Positions 1-9,195 of a stretch of DNA of 64,000 nucleotides are shown here, one piece after another. The stretch is taken from contig JAXHVD010000022.1 in NCBI GenBank assembly GCA_034189385.1, positions 8,005-72,004 on the forward strand. The letters are read 5' to 3'. The DNA is from Thermodesulfobacteriota bacterium. Its GTDB lineage: Bacteria > Desulfobacterota > Desulfobacteria > Desulfobacterales > C00003060. A program made the translations under genes and the position numbers. Every line of letters begins with the position of its first letter. Position 1 is the stretch's first letter. The notes below the pieces were generated by a model, which saw nothing but the letters and a program-made list of their open reading frames with translations, did no database searches and was not told where the DNA came from.

Positions 1-914
1 TCTTGGTAGAAAAAAAGTGTTACCCCAGAGGTGCGGGGGGTCAGCATCCAGACCTCCTTCCCAGGGGGTTCAAAAGCGTCATATAGATCATAGAGCATCC
101 CAAAGGCGCTTATGCGAAGCCGAAGGTGTCTCTTCAGCCAGCCGCTGGATACACGATGATGAAAGACGTAGAGCCCCTTGTCAAGGATCGGCATCTGTTC
201 TGACCTGTTTAGGGTCAAATTTACCAGGCTCCCAGAAGCAACAGGGTGTCCAGCCAAGGGCCTTTGACCTACCACCACATCTTTTGGCAGGTTGCTCTTC
301 TGGACAGAGCGAATCTGGCCCAGGTTCAGTTGAGATCGCTCCAATATAAAGATGGCATCTTCCACGGTAAGACCATCCAAGTAGGGCATCTTAAATCTCA
401 CCGGCCTTCGGCCAAGGCTGATCAACAAGTCTATAGGAGTGCCCCGCTTGACCTTTGTGCCGGGAGGCGGTGCTTGGCCCATGAGTTCGCCCCTCGTGGC
501 CCGTTGGCTGTGTGTTTTGGAAACGACCCCTTCTGCAAGCCCATTCTCTTCCATGATGATATGGGCTTCACGTACGTCCATGCCCACCAGATTGGGTACA
601 AGCACACTCTTGGGCCCTTTGGACAACACAATTCTTATGTCTCGGTCTTTCTTTACCTCGGCACCGGGTCTGGGGTCCTGATAGGCCACATGGTTCTTGG
701 GAAGGTTGGCCCTATATTCGAAACCGCTTATCTTGATATTGAGTCCCAGGTCGGTGAGAATCTCCAGCGCATATACCACATCTTTGCCTCCAAGATCGGG
801 CACGACGACGACATCCTCACTCCTGATAATGAACCTCAGGGTGAGATAGCCAGTGGCTCCTGCAATGACGGCAAAAAGCCCAAAGAGTATCCCTATCCTG
901 AAAACAGCCCTCAC
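1..914 (-). CDS. PASTA-domain membrane protein (about 3 PASTA repeats), 3' end runs off the window
   Basis: Not in the ORF track (no stop in window). Manual translation from GTG 914, overlapping the rsmB stop: MRAVFRIGILFGLFAVIAGATGYL (TM helix), then VPDLGGK, VPNLVGM and MPYLDGL repeats with Q-x-P-x-(P/A)-G motifs. Confidence 0.85.
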   Translation of the reverse strand, partial: MRAVFRIGILFGLFAVIAGATGYLTLRFIIRSEDVVVVPDLGGKDVVYALEILTDLGLNIKISGFEYRANLPKNHVAYQDPRPGAEVKKDRDIRIVLSKGPKSVLVPNLVGMDVREAHIIMEENGLAEGVVSKTHSQRATRGELMGQAPPPGTKVKRGTPIDLLISLGRRPVRFKMPYLDGLTVEDAIFILERSQLNLGQIRSVQKSNLPKDVVVGQRPLAGHPVASGSLVNLTLNRSEQMPILDKGLYVFHHRVSSGWLKRHLRLRISAFGMLYDLYDAFEPPGKEVWMLTPRTSGVTLFFYQ

Positions 915-2287
915 GGCCCAATCCTCTCTAGGCGAACGGCAAAGAACCCGTCCATGTTGTGTTGGTGCGGCACTGTTCTGAAGATGCCTGACCTATCAAC
1001 GACGTGCTCATTCATGTCAGGAAGCGTGCAAGGTGAACGACTTATAGCAAAATCACGGTGATTTTTCAAAAAGGCGTCTACCACGCTATCGCCTTCTTCT
1101 GGCTCAAGACTGCACACGCAGTAGACCAGCCATCCTCCTCTTCTTACCAGGGGCGCTAGGGCGGCCAACAAGCGGGACTGTTGGCGTTGAAGTCTCAACA
1201 GGTCTTCTTCCCTTTTTTTCCATTTTATATCTGGGTTTCTTCGAACCACTCCCAGACCCGAACAGGGGGCATCCAGCAAGATCCGGTCAAACGTGGCGGC
1301 AAGGTTGTTGGGCACCGGCAACGACAGGTCGTGGCGCCAAGTGGTCACCATAGAGATGCCAAGCCGTTTCATGGCTGTCCTCAGAGAGCCCAGTTTCCAG
1401 GCCTCTCGATCCATGGCCTGCAAGACGCCTGAATTCTTCATGAGTTGGGCCATGTGCCCTGTTTTACCTCCGAGGCCCGCGCAAGCGTCCAAGGTGGTCT
1501 CGCCCCCCTTGGGGTCGAGGAAATAGGTGATGAGTTGTGCGGCTTCATCTTGGACCTGAAACCAGCCCTTTTGAAAGGGCGACATCTCGTCGACGGGCTG
1601 TTTCAGACCCGTGAGGGCAAGGCCTTCGGGGGCAAATCTTGTTTCCCTTATCTTCCTAACATGGGCGATGAGAGACCGATGCAGTTTTTTTCGAGAAACC
1701 TTCAAGGTGTTTGCCCGAATGGTCACAGGAGGGATTTGATTGTTTGTCTTGCAGAGCCGTTTTGTCTCTTCCACGCCCAGGTGCCTGACCCACCGCTTGA
1801 CCATCCAAAAAGGGTGCGATTCTCCTATGGCGATGGCGGCCACCGGATCATCCCGTTCATCGGGCAAGGGCACGTCCTGCGCCTTCCTCACGGCTGCTCG
1901 CAGCACTGCATTGACAAATCGAACGGTCCAGAGAGGGGCCTTGCCTTTGGCCAGTTCGACAGAATCGTTGACAGCCGCAAACACGGGAATGCGTGAAAGA
2001 AAGAGTATCTGATAGAGACCTAACCGGATAATGTTCAGGACCGGCGGATCGATTTTGTCAATAGGGGTGTTTGACAGGTCTTTAATCACCCAGTCGAGGC
2101 GGGCCTGCCATCGGAGGACCCCGAAGACCAGGTTGTTGGCCAAGGCACGGTCGGTTTGAGCCAGTCGGGGCCTCTTTTCGAAGGCTTGGGTGAGGAGGCT
2201 GTCCAAGGTAATGTGAGGGTCGTCAAGAGCATTCAAGACGCAAAGGGCTATCTGTCGCGCGATGGCGGCCATGACCTGGCTATCCAA
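911..2287 (-). CDS. rsmB: 16S rRNA m5C967 methyltransferase RsmB/Sun
   Basis: NusB-like N-terminus; QVQDEAAQ, LDACAGLGGKT, DAPCSGLG and YCVCS motifs; follows fmt. Confidence 0.97.
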   Translation of the reverse strand: MDSQVMAAIARQIALCVLNALDDPHITLDSLLTQAFEKRPRLAQTDRALANNLVFGVLRWQARLDWVIKDLSNTPIDKIDPPVLNIIRLGLYQILFLSRIPVFAAVNDSVELAKGKAPLWTVRFVNAVLRAAVRKAQDVPLPDERDDPVAAIAIGESHPFWMVKRWVRHLGVEETKRLCKTNNQIPPVTIRANTLKVSRKKLHRSLIAHVRKIRETRFAPEGLALTGLKQPVDEMSPFQKGWFQVQDEAAQLITYFLDPKGGETTLDACAGLGGKTGHMAQLMKNSGVLQAMDREAWKLGSLRTAMKRLGISMVTTWRHDLSLPVPNNLAATFDRILLDAPCSGLGVVRRNPDIKWKKREEDLLRLQRQQSRLLAALAPLVRRGGWLVYCVCSLEPEEGDSVVDAFLKNHRDFAISRSPCTLPDMNEHVVDRSGIFRTVPHQHNMDGFFAVRLERIGP

Positions 2288-3233
2288 GAACGGTGCCAGG
2301 TGGCACAGGACAGCCCCTCAAGAACGTCTCCATAGGGAGCCGTTTGCCGGATTCAAGCTGAACCTCTGTCAGGCTCAGCACCCCACGGCCCGTTGCCACA
2401 TCCAGCTCCCCAGGGAATCCCTCCAAAACAGTGCCTGGTTTTTGGCGGGACCCCTTCTGGGATATCTTGCAGCGAAACACCTTGAGCCGTTTACCCACGA
2501 AAGAAGTAAAAGCTCCAGGCCACGGATTCACCCCACGAATGTATGCATCCAAAGAGATCGCGTCCTTGGACCAGTCGATGCGTCCATTCTCTTTCTTGAG
2601 GAGAGGCGCATAGGTGGCCTCTGACTCCTCTTGAGGGGTACCCGAGATGGCCCCGGACGCTAACTGCTCCAATGTTTGGACAAGGAGTTTGGCACCGACC
2701 TCGGCCAGTCGGCCGTGGAGGCTTTCAGAGGTCTCCTCCGGACCGATCGATACCTTGGCGGTCATGAGCAGGTCTCCTGTATCCATGCCTTCATCCATCC
2801 ACATAGTGGTGACGCCCGTCTCTTGTTCCCCATTGATGATCGCCCACTGTATGGGGGCGGGCCCTCGGTATTTGGGAAGAAGAGAGGCATGGATATTGAT
2901 AGCACCCAAGCGGGGAATAGCAAGGACCGATCCAGGCAAGATATGACCATAGGCAACGACAACAAATAAGTCTGGGTCAAGGGCGATAATCTTTTCCAAA
3001 AAGGGCTGTTCTTTGATCTTTGCAGGTTGCAACAGGGGATAGCCGAGGCTCATAGCAGCTTGCTTGACAGCAGAGGCCTTCGTACGGCGGCCACGCCCTC
3101 TTGGACGGTCGGGCTTGGTCACGACGGCTAGGACGTCATAATGGCTGTCATGGAGCCCCTTAAGGGTTGGAACCGCAAATGCTGGGGTTCCCATAAATAC
3201 GATTCGATAAGGGCTCACAGTCACACTCCGCAA
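2280..3233 (-). CDS. fmt: Methionyl-tRNA formyltransferase
   Basis: IVFMGTPAFA and NIHASLLPKYRGPAPIQW motifs; true start may be a few codons downstream. Confidence 0.98.
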   Translation of the reverse strand: MRSVTVSPYRIVFMGTPAFAVPTLKGLHDSHYDVLAVVTKPDRPRGRGRRTKASAVKQAAMSLGYPLLQPAKIKEQPFLEKIIALDPDLFVVVAYGHILPGSVLAIPRLGAINIHASLLPKYRGPAPIQWAIINGEQETGVTTMWMDEGMDTGDLLMTAKVSIGPEETSESLHGRLAEVGAKLLVQTLEQLASGAISGTPQEESEATYAPLLKKENGRIDWSKDAISLDAYIRGVNPWPGAFTSFVGKRLKVFRCKISQKGSRQKPGTVLEGFPGELDVATGRGVLSLTEVQLESGKRLPMETFLRGCPVPPGTVLG

Positions 3234-3436
3234 AGCGGCTCGGCGTCATCGGCCTCTGGCAGATCAACACCTATCAAAAATTTAAGATTATCCTTCACCC
3301 CGGTCTTCACCGGGGTGAGGAGCTTTTACGATTGCATCAGTTTTAAAGCCCTCCAAAAACGCGGTGCGTCAGGAGGCATCAAACCCTGACACCAGTAAGA
3401 TCCGCCTCATGTCTCTTCCCAAAACCCTTAGGCCTG

Positions 3437-4462
3437 CTAGAAGATGTCAATGCGAACAGGCACTTCCAGGAACTCCAGGCCTTTTTGGTTCGTATAGATC
3501 TTCAGGGTATCCATGTTTACCCCCTTCTTAAGCTTTTCGGCGATGGGTTCAACGAATACCCGCACTGTGCGGCCGGGAGTCAGTACCGTAACAACGGCCT
3601 TAAAGAGCGATTTTTCCAATTCCGCCTTATTGATTTTCAAATCATTGCCCTTGTTTAGAACAATCGTCACGGGACGCCTGGCAAACCTATCGCCGGTCTT
3701 TGCCTGCGCCACCCGCTCCTGTGACAGGCGGCCAAAACTCACTGTTCTTGGCCGTGCTTCCACAGTGGCCCTGACGTTGCCTGATATCCGGATCACGATC
3801 TGGGGCTTTTCCGGATAGTTGGTGCTCAACGTGATCTGGCCGCCGTAAGTTGTTTCTTCTTTGACCTTGTTTTTAACCGTCAGTTTGTAGGTGCGTCCCT
3901 TGTCCGTCTCCTCCAACTCTGCCGTCACCTTGTCCGGAACAGAGACAGACTCCAGTTTGACCGTCAATGGCTCCTTTTTCTTCGCCTGCACATGAACAAC
4001 CTGTTTGATCTCATCACCCACGATCCCCCTTAGCTGCACGTATCGCGGTTTGAGATCGATCGGGGCCCAAATGTTGCCTTGCATACTGATGGTCATCTGG
4101 GGATTCTTGGGGTCATTGGTCATCACCCGGGCCGACTTGTTCATCCTGCCTTGATAACCCTTTGTGCGCAACTCTAACGTAATCTTCCCCTCACCTCCGG
4201 GGGGGATGGTCCGGTCAAACCGGGCCACACTGCAGCCTCAACCCGGTTTGACGCTCTTGATCTCCAGGGGAGCATCGCCGCGGTTAAAGACCCGGAAGTC
4301 GTGTTTTACCACCTCGCCTTGGGAGACCTGAGAAAAGTCATAGGTGGGTTTTTCTATCTCCACGGCCGGTACGGCCTTTTGTTCCTCTGCTGCTTGTGTG
4401 AACCCGGCCACAACCATGAGCGCCAGCCATCCCAAGAGCATACCTCTAACGAACCGCATCAT
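3437..4462 (-). CDS. Secreted DUF1573/Ig-like repeat protein, candidate selenoprotein (UGA at 4240-4238)
   Basis: ORFs 4238-4462 and 3437-4228 share a frame and read ...IKSVKPG-TGA-G-C-S-VARFDRTIPPGGEGKI; the TGA sits at the first Cys of the DUF1573 CGC motif. Signal peptide present; hairpin downstream. Confidence 0.8.
4206..4228 (-). promoter_or_regulatory. Putative bacterial SECIS hairpin
   Basis: mRNA GUGG-C-CCGGU-UUG-ACCGG-A-CCAU begins 9 nt after the UGA; small G-containing loop about 20 nt from the UGA. Confidence 0.65.
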
Positions 4463-4646
4463 CTTCTTCCTCCTTCACTGAACTGGTTGAGTCTGTGATC
4501 AACAGGGCTGTGTCGTCGGAGAGCATTTCTTGGTCTCCTACCACAAATTCTTGCTGTTTCGGCAACGGCCTGTCAACAATAATAATGCCTTTTGGCGATA
4601 CTTCAACCATGCTGACAGACCAAAACCGGTCTCATGTGTATTCCCT

Positions 4647-4786
4647 GAGCCCCTTTTTACACCCCTTCTCACTTCAGGCTGTGAGCTTTTTGATCCGCCA
4701 AGGCGGACCGCTCATCCCGACGGAGTCTGGAATGGGTGCCCCAAAAAGCCCAAAATGAATGTTCGAAAGAGAGACACAACAGCCTC
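4647..4786 (-). repeat. Structured intergenic repeat family B, copy 1
   Basis: Shares the core GGCTTTTTGGGG(C/A)ACCCATTCC...GGTCCGCC(T/C)T(G/T)GCGGATCAAAAAGCT and equal flank lengths with 22196-22328. Confidence 0.7.
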
Positions 4787-4810
4787 TTCGTGCCACCATG
4801 GCCTGTGCCC

Positions 4811-5512
4811 CTACGTGTTCACCCTATCCAGATGGCCATCTGCTTCAAGGCGATGCCGGTTCACGGCGAGGTGGGCCTGACGCACGGGTTCCGGCAGTCT
4901 ATATCCCCTGGAGCAATCAAGGATTAAGCTGATGGCTTCTGCCAGGGTAATGGCATGGCCGGAAGAGACAAAAACCGGTTTTATCCCTGCGCGAGTCCTC
5001 ACTACGGCCCCCACCATCCGTCCCTGGTAGTTTAAGGGGGCTGTGCTTCCTTTTGCCTGGCCTGGTGGCCGGTGAGAGCCTACCAGGCGTGTCTTGGCAC
5101 AGCCGATGGTCGGACAGTCAAGAATTAAACCCATATGGGATGCCAGGCCCATGCCCCTGGGATGGGCGATCCCCTGGCCGTCAAAGATAATCACGTCGGG
5201 CGTTGTGGCGAGTTTGCTGAAGGCCCTTTCCAATACAGGGGCCTCGCGAAAAGAGAGCAGACCGGCCACATAGGGAAATGACGTGGTATCTGAGGCCAAG
5301 GCCCTATCCGTTAGCACAAGATCTGGAAAGGCGAAGACAAGAACCGCTCCATAAACGTCACGACCCCGGGGGTGATAGGAGACATCAGCACCGGCTACGG
5401 TGCGAATCGGCCTCGACAGGGGTTTCTCGCAAATTTGGCGGGAAAGGCGCTCTTGAACGGCCAGGGCTTCCCTATACTGCAAGTTCCAGGGGTGCAGTGT
5501 GCGGATTTTCAT
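4811..5512 (-). CDS. nfi: Endonuclease V
   Basis: VAGADVSY, PYVAGLLSFREAP, DGQGIAHPR and IGCAKTRL motifs. Confidence 0.97.
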   Translation of the reverse strand: MKIRTLHPWNLQYREALAVQERLSRQICEKPLSRPIRTVAGADVSYHPRGRDVYGAVLVFAFPDLVLTDRALASDTTSFPYVAGLLSFREAPVLERAFSKLATTPDVIIFDGQGIAHPRGMGLASHMGLILDCPTIGCAKTRLVGSHRPPGQAKGSTAPLNYQGRMVGAVVRTRAGIKPVFVSSGHAITLAEAISLILDCSRGYRLPEPVRQAHLAVNRHRLEADGHLDRVNT

Positions 5513-6075
5513 AGATATTGAGCGGCCATCAACATGTACCACAGACCGGCAGCTATCAAATCCCCCCTTGAGGATGCTTGCTCAAAGAAGGAGGCCAGTT
5601 TGTCCTTTCTGACACGATGGACCTCAATCTTCTCAGATGGCTCCAATTCCTGTGGTTGTGGGGTGGCATCTTCTTCCAGTTCCACCACCACGCAGTATCC
5701 AGTCTCTCTGACCAAGGCACTGTTTAACGTAAGCCCTGGAGATATATGAACGATTTTTCCTGTGTAACCGGTCTCCTCCTGGAGCTCTCGAAGGGCGCAT
5801 GCCTCCACGGTGTCATCATCTAGGACCCCTGCAGGAAAAGCAATCACGTACCTGTCAAAGACTACCCGATATTGTCTGATGAAAAGGAGGTCACCAGATT
5901 CCTTGAACCGGGCCATGATGAGGACCGACGTGCGGGTATGGGTACGCTCAATGTAATCCCATTGAAGGATGTCTCCTGCATCGTTTTTGTAGATCACCCT
6001 TTTGGGTTGGATCCATTGACTTTCCGAACAGTTAACCGTCTTTAAGATATTCACGGCAAGCCTCGTCTGTTTCAT
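5509..6075 (-). CDS. NUDIX hydrolase (ADP-ribose pyrophosphatase-like)
   Basis: Nudix box PAGVLDDDTVEACALRELQEETGY; start uncertain. Confidence 0.9.
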   Translation of the reverse strand: MKQTRLAVNILKTVNCSESQWIQPKRVIYKNDAGDILQWDYIERTHTRTSVLIMARFKESGDLLFIRQYRVVFDRYVIAFPAGVLDDDTVEACALRELQEETGYTGKIVHISPGLTLNSALVRETGYCVVVELEEDATPQPQELEPSEKIEVHRVRKDKLASFFEQASSRGDLIAAGLWYMLMAAQYL

Positions 6076-7198
6076 TGGTATATGGTGCCTTGGTCCCAGG
6101 ATTCTCCTGCAAGCACCCACCTTCAACTTCCACCTCCACAGCCGTTCGCACCATCGTCATTCCAATGATAGTCAATGAAACCAGTCCCAAAACGATGGCC
6201 GGGACCATCTGAAAGACATGATTAGCCAAGGTGAACCCAGCCGCTTCACCTGCCGGGATACCGAAGATAAGAAGCCCGAACACGCCCCCTGCTTCCCAGA
6301 GGCCCCAGAAACCGGGGGCAGAGGGAAGCGAAATAAAGAAGCAGAGGATAACCATGACTGCATACATTTGAAAAAAAGAGAGCTGAATGCCAGGACAACC
6401 AAAGGCCATGACGTAATGAGAAGCCCCGGCCGCGGCCCACACAAGGACGGAAAGAACCAGGCAAAGCCCAAGCTTTTTGGGACTTTTAAGAAGTTCAAAC
6501 CCTGCGGCTAGGTTGTCGATAATCCGAACAACAGGGGTACAAAGCCTCTCTCTCATCACTTGGCGGAGGGATGGGCTAAAAAAGAAAAGGAGGTTCGGCA
6601 GGTTCAGCACCACCCGCGTCATGGCCGTCCGGGTCTTTCTGAAACTCACTAGGGCGATGGCCAACACAAGTCCGATAAGCAACTTAAGGGTCGTCATGCC
6701 ACTCATCTGAAGAGTGGCTTTGTCCAGATGATAGCCGGCGAAGGTCAAATGAAGGCTTGAGCTGATTTCAACAGTGGCAAAGACGATGACAAAAGAGACG
6801 ATCAGTATAATGACGTCTAGGGCCCTTTCAACGCCGACCGTGGCCAGCACCTTGGTGAAGGAGACGTTTTCTCTCTTGGAGAGGACCGCCGGTCTGACCA
6901 GCTCTCCTAGCCTGGCCGGCAAGAGGCAATTGGCCATGAAGCCTATCATGGTGGCATGGTATGCACTGGGAAAGGCGGTCCTTCGGACCGGAGCCAGGAG
7001 GAGCTGCCACCTCACGACCCTGATCGCGAAACTCATGATGGCAAGAGACATTGAAGGGATCGCCCACCAGTAGTTCACCCTCTTCAGATAGTCTACAAGT
7101 TCGCCAAGGGGGATATTCTTAAAGGTAAAATAAAGGGCAAAAAGAGACAGCAACAGCCCTGCCAAGAGAGACAGACAGCTTTTCTTGTTCCAAAACAT
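6032..7198 (-). CDS. UPF0104 / lysylphosphatidylglycerol synthase TM-domain (flippase-like) protein
   Basis: Multi-TM; RWQLLL, NCLLPARLGE, ERALD and PSAPGFWG motifs. Confidence 0.88.
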   Translation of the reverse strand: MFWNKKSCLSLLAGLLLSLFALYFTFKNIPLGELVDYLKRVNYWWAIPSMSLAIMSFAIRVVRWQLLLAPVRRTAFPSAYHATMIGFMANCLLPARLGELVRPAVLSKRENVSFTKVLATVGVERALDVIILIVSFVIVFATVEISSSLHLTFAGYHLDKATLQMSGMTTLKLLIGLVLAIALVSFRKTRTAMTRVVLNLPNLLFFFSPSLRQVMRERLCTPVVRIIDNLAAGFELLKSPKKLGLCLVLSVLVWAAAGASHYVMAFGCPGIQLSFFQMYAVMVILCFFISLPSAPGFWGLWEAGGVFGLLIFGIPAGEAAGFTLANHVFQMVPAIVLGLVSLTIIGMTMVRTAVEVEVEGGCLQENPGTKAPYTNETDEACREYLKDG

Positions 7199-7268
7199 GC
7201 TCTGGCAGGGCCCCTTGTGTGATGTGGATAGCTCAATGCGCAGGGAAACTCAGGCCAGACAGTGTCCC

Positions 7269-8201
7269 TCATGGCCTCGATAGAATCTCTCTGGCTTGGG
7301 TAATATCTTTGTTGATTTGGGTGGCAAGGGCCTCTGGCCCCGAGAATCTCTTTTCTCCTCGTAGCCGATGGATGAAGTTGACGCGGATCGGTTGATCGTA
7401 AATGTCCTGGTCAAAATCAAGGATGTGGACCTCTATGCTGAACTCCCCATTATCAAAGGTTGGGCTGTACCCGATGTTGGCCACACCCTCGTAAGTCTTG
7501 TCTTCAACCTCCACCGTCACTGTGTACACGCCACCTTTGGGGCAGAGCTCATCCGTGAGCCTGAGATTGGCCGTGGGAAATCCCAGCAATCTTCCCCCTC
7601 GATCCCGGCCCCGTATCACCGTGCCTCGAACCTGATAATAGCGGCCCAGTAGTTGCCTGGCTTCCACCATCTGTCCTTCCGCTACCAAGTTTCGAACCTC
7701 CGTGCTGCTGATGCGTCGAGGCCCGGCTTCAACCCATCCAGAGACAATCACTTCAAACCCATAGGTCCTGCCCATGTCCTTGAGCAATGCGATGTTTCCC
7801 TCCCGCTTCTTGCCAAAGGAGTAGTCCTGCCCTACCACCACACCTTTCATGCCAATCACATCGCAGAGGATGTCTTTGACAAATGCGCGGGCCGGGGTCG
7901 CAGCAAAGGCACGGGTAAAGGGGACACATATCAATGTGTCTATACCTGTGGCGGCAATCAACTCTACCTTCTGCTCATAAAGGGTGATGAGACGGAAGTG
8001 TTTGCCACAGTTAAGGACCCGGATGGGATGGGGCTCAAAGGTCATGACTACAGAGGTGCCATTGATGCTGCGTGCCTTTTCCATGACCTGACGGAAAAGG
8101 GCTTGATGTCCAAGGTGGACGCCGTCAAAATTGCCTATGGTGAGGACGGCGTTGTTAAGTGGCGCCGTAATTTCTGCTACATCAGTGATAAGTTCCATCA
8201 T
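7269..8201 (-). CDS. ribF: Riboflavin kinase / FAD synthetase
   Basis: IGNFDGVHLGHQ, ISSTEVR, GFPTAN and EVHILDF motifs. Confidence 0.98.
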   Translation of the reverse strand: MMELITDVAEITAPLNNAVLTIGNFDGVHLGHQALFRQVMEKARSINGTSVVMTFEPHPIRVLNCGKHFRLITLYEQKVELIAATGIDTLICVPFTRAFAATPARAFVKDILCDVIGMKGVVVGQDYSFGKKREGNIALLKDMGRTYGFEVIVSGWVEAGPRRISSTEVRNLVAEGQMVEARQLLGRYYQVRGTVIRGRDRGGRLLGFPTANLRLTDELCPKGGVYTVTVEVEDKTYEGVANIGYSPTFDNGEFSIEVHILDFDQDIYDQPIRVNFIHRLRGEKRFSGPEALATQINKDITQAREILSRP

Positions 8202-8220
8202 GATCGTTCCATTATGTCCC

Positions 8221-8249
8221 TTGACAATGAAGTCAAATCCCTATATATA
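8221..8249 (+). promoter_or_regulatory. Sigma70-type promoter of tRNA-Leu
   Basis: TTGACA-N17-TATATA upstream of the tRNA. Confidence 0.55.
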
Positions 8250-8292
8250 AAGCATTTCATACATAAAATCAATAATTTTCTTCCTTATAGGT

Positions 8293-8379
8293 GCCGAAGT
8301 GGCGGAACTGGTAGACGCGCTAGGTTCAGGGTCTAGTGGATGAATGTCCGTGCGAGTTCGAGTCTCGCCTTCGGCACCA
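8293..8379 (+). tRNA. tRNA-Leu(CAG)
   Basis: Acceptor GCCGAAG/CTTCGGC, anticodon loop TT-CAG-GG, long variable arm, T-loop TTCGAGT, A73, encoded CCA. Confidence 0.98.
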
Positions 8380-8390
8380 GCAATAAAAAC

Positions 8391-8423
8391 AAGGGGTTAC
8401 GTGTATTCACGTAGCCCCTTTTT
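8391..8423 (+). terminator. Rho-independent terminator after tRNA-Leu
   Basis: AAGGGGTTACGTG-TATT-CACGTAGCCCCTT followed by a T-run. Confidence 0.85.
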
Positions 8424-8441
8424 CGTAGACGCAATTCTTGC

Positions 8442-8461
8442 TGGCTACAAAATGGCTAAAG
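8442..8461 (+). repeat. Tandem arm-type integrase-binding-like repeat (left)
   Basis: TGGCTACAAAA-TGGCTAAAG, 11-bp period; same motif at 9401-9422. Confidence 0.65.
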
Positions 8462-8532
8462 TTTGTAAGTCAGATTAGATATATTTTATTTGATATCGGG
8501 TGGTTGAGAGTTGTTACAGGTTAAAGAAAAGT

Positions 8533-8940
8533 TCAGTTTTTTAGCTCTGTTGGATTTTCGTATGTATTACCTATTATTTTAAATGTGTCTGCTGCTTTTA
8601 CTTCTTTTATATGTCCGAAAAATGGTATTTTTTCTTTTCTTCCAATTACATCAACATAAAAAGCTCCATCTTTATACTTTATTATTCCTTTGAAATAATC
8701 TGTTCCCCAAGAAAAGCCATTACTATATCCATAATTAATAATATCTTCCTCATATATTTCTTTTCCATTCTTATCTTTAAGACCTGTGTATTGCATTAAG
8801 ATAAGATTTAAATCATTTGCCATATCAAAAAACTCATTCAGGCTTTTTGTTATTCTTACAGAGCCCTTAATACCTATTCTATCGCCACTGGTCATTTTCT
8901 TTTTTTCTTTATCCCAAGCTCTAAATCTAAATTCTCTCAT
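8533..8940 (-). CDS. YopX-family phage protein
   Basis: MREFRFRAWD...MQYTGLKDKNGKEIYEEDI...IIGNTYENP, the YopX family signature. Confidence 0.95.
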   Translation of the reverse strand: MREFRFRAWDKEKKKMTSGDRIGIKGSVRITKSLNEFFDMANDLNLILMQYTGLKDKNGKEIYEEDIINYGYSNGFSWGTDYFKGIIKYKDGAFYVDVIGRKEKIPFFGHIKEVKAADTFKIIGNTYENPTELKN

Positions 8941-9069
8941 AAGTTTTTGAACAAAAAAGGCGGAACTTAGCAAAGGGAGTAACCACTAACCTTCACCGAG
9001 TTTCCGCCGTTTCTGTTGGTTACTAATTAAAAATAGTTTTAAAAACGTGTATATAAGGACACACAATAC

Positions 9070-9097
9070 ATTATAACATACTGAAATAATTTGTCAA
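9070..9097 (-). promoter_or_regulatory. Consensus sigma70 promoter facing yopX
   Basis: Minus-strand TTGACA-N16-TATAAT. Confidence 0.75.
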
Positions 9098-9166
9098 TGT
9101 GCATAAAACCTCTTATTTTTTAAGCAAAATCCTTCAAAAAAACTTCCTCATGGCCTATTTTTTCTC

Positions 9167-9195
9167 TTGCAATACACCATATGTAGTAGTATAAG
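9167..9195 (+). promoter_or_regulatory. Sigma70 promoter of the island tRNA, overlapped by an NrdR-box-like motif
   Basis: TTGCAA-N17-TATAAG; the spacer contains ACACCATATGTAGT. Confidence 0.6.

Noticed and set aside
246..1061. 271-aa plus-strand ORF
   Set aside because: Antisense shadow of the PASTA gene and rsmB.
3292..3339. Hairpin CACCCCGGT-CTTC-ACCGGGGTG
   Set aside because: Looks like half of a REP-type element or a terminator; no second copy in the window.
3437..4462. Two separate genes or a nonsense pseudogene
   Set aside because: The UGA falls on a conserved Cys position with a hairpin behind it, and both halves are otherwise intact.
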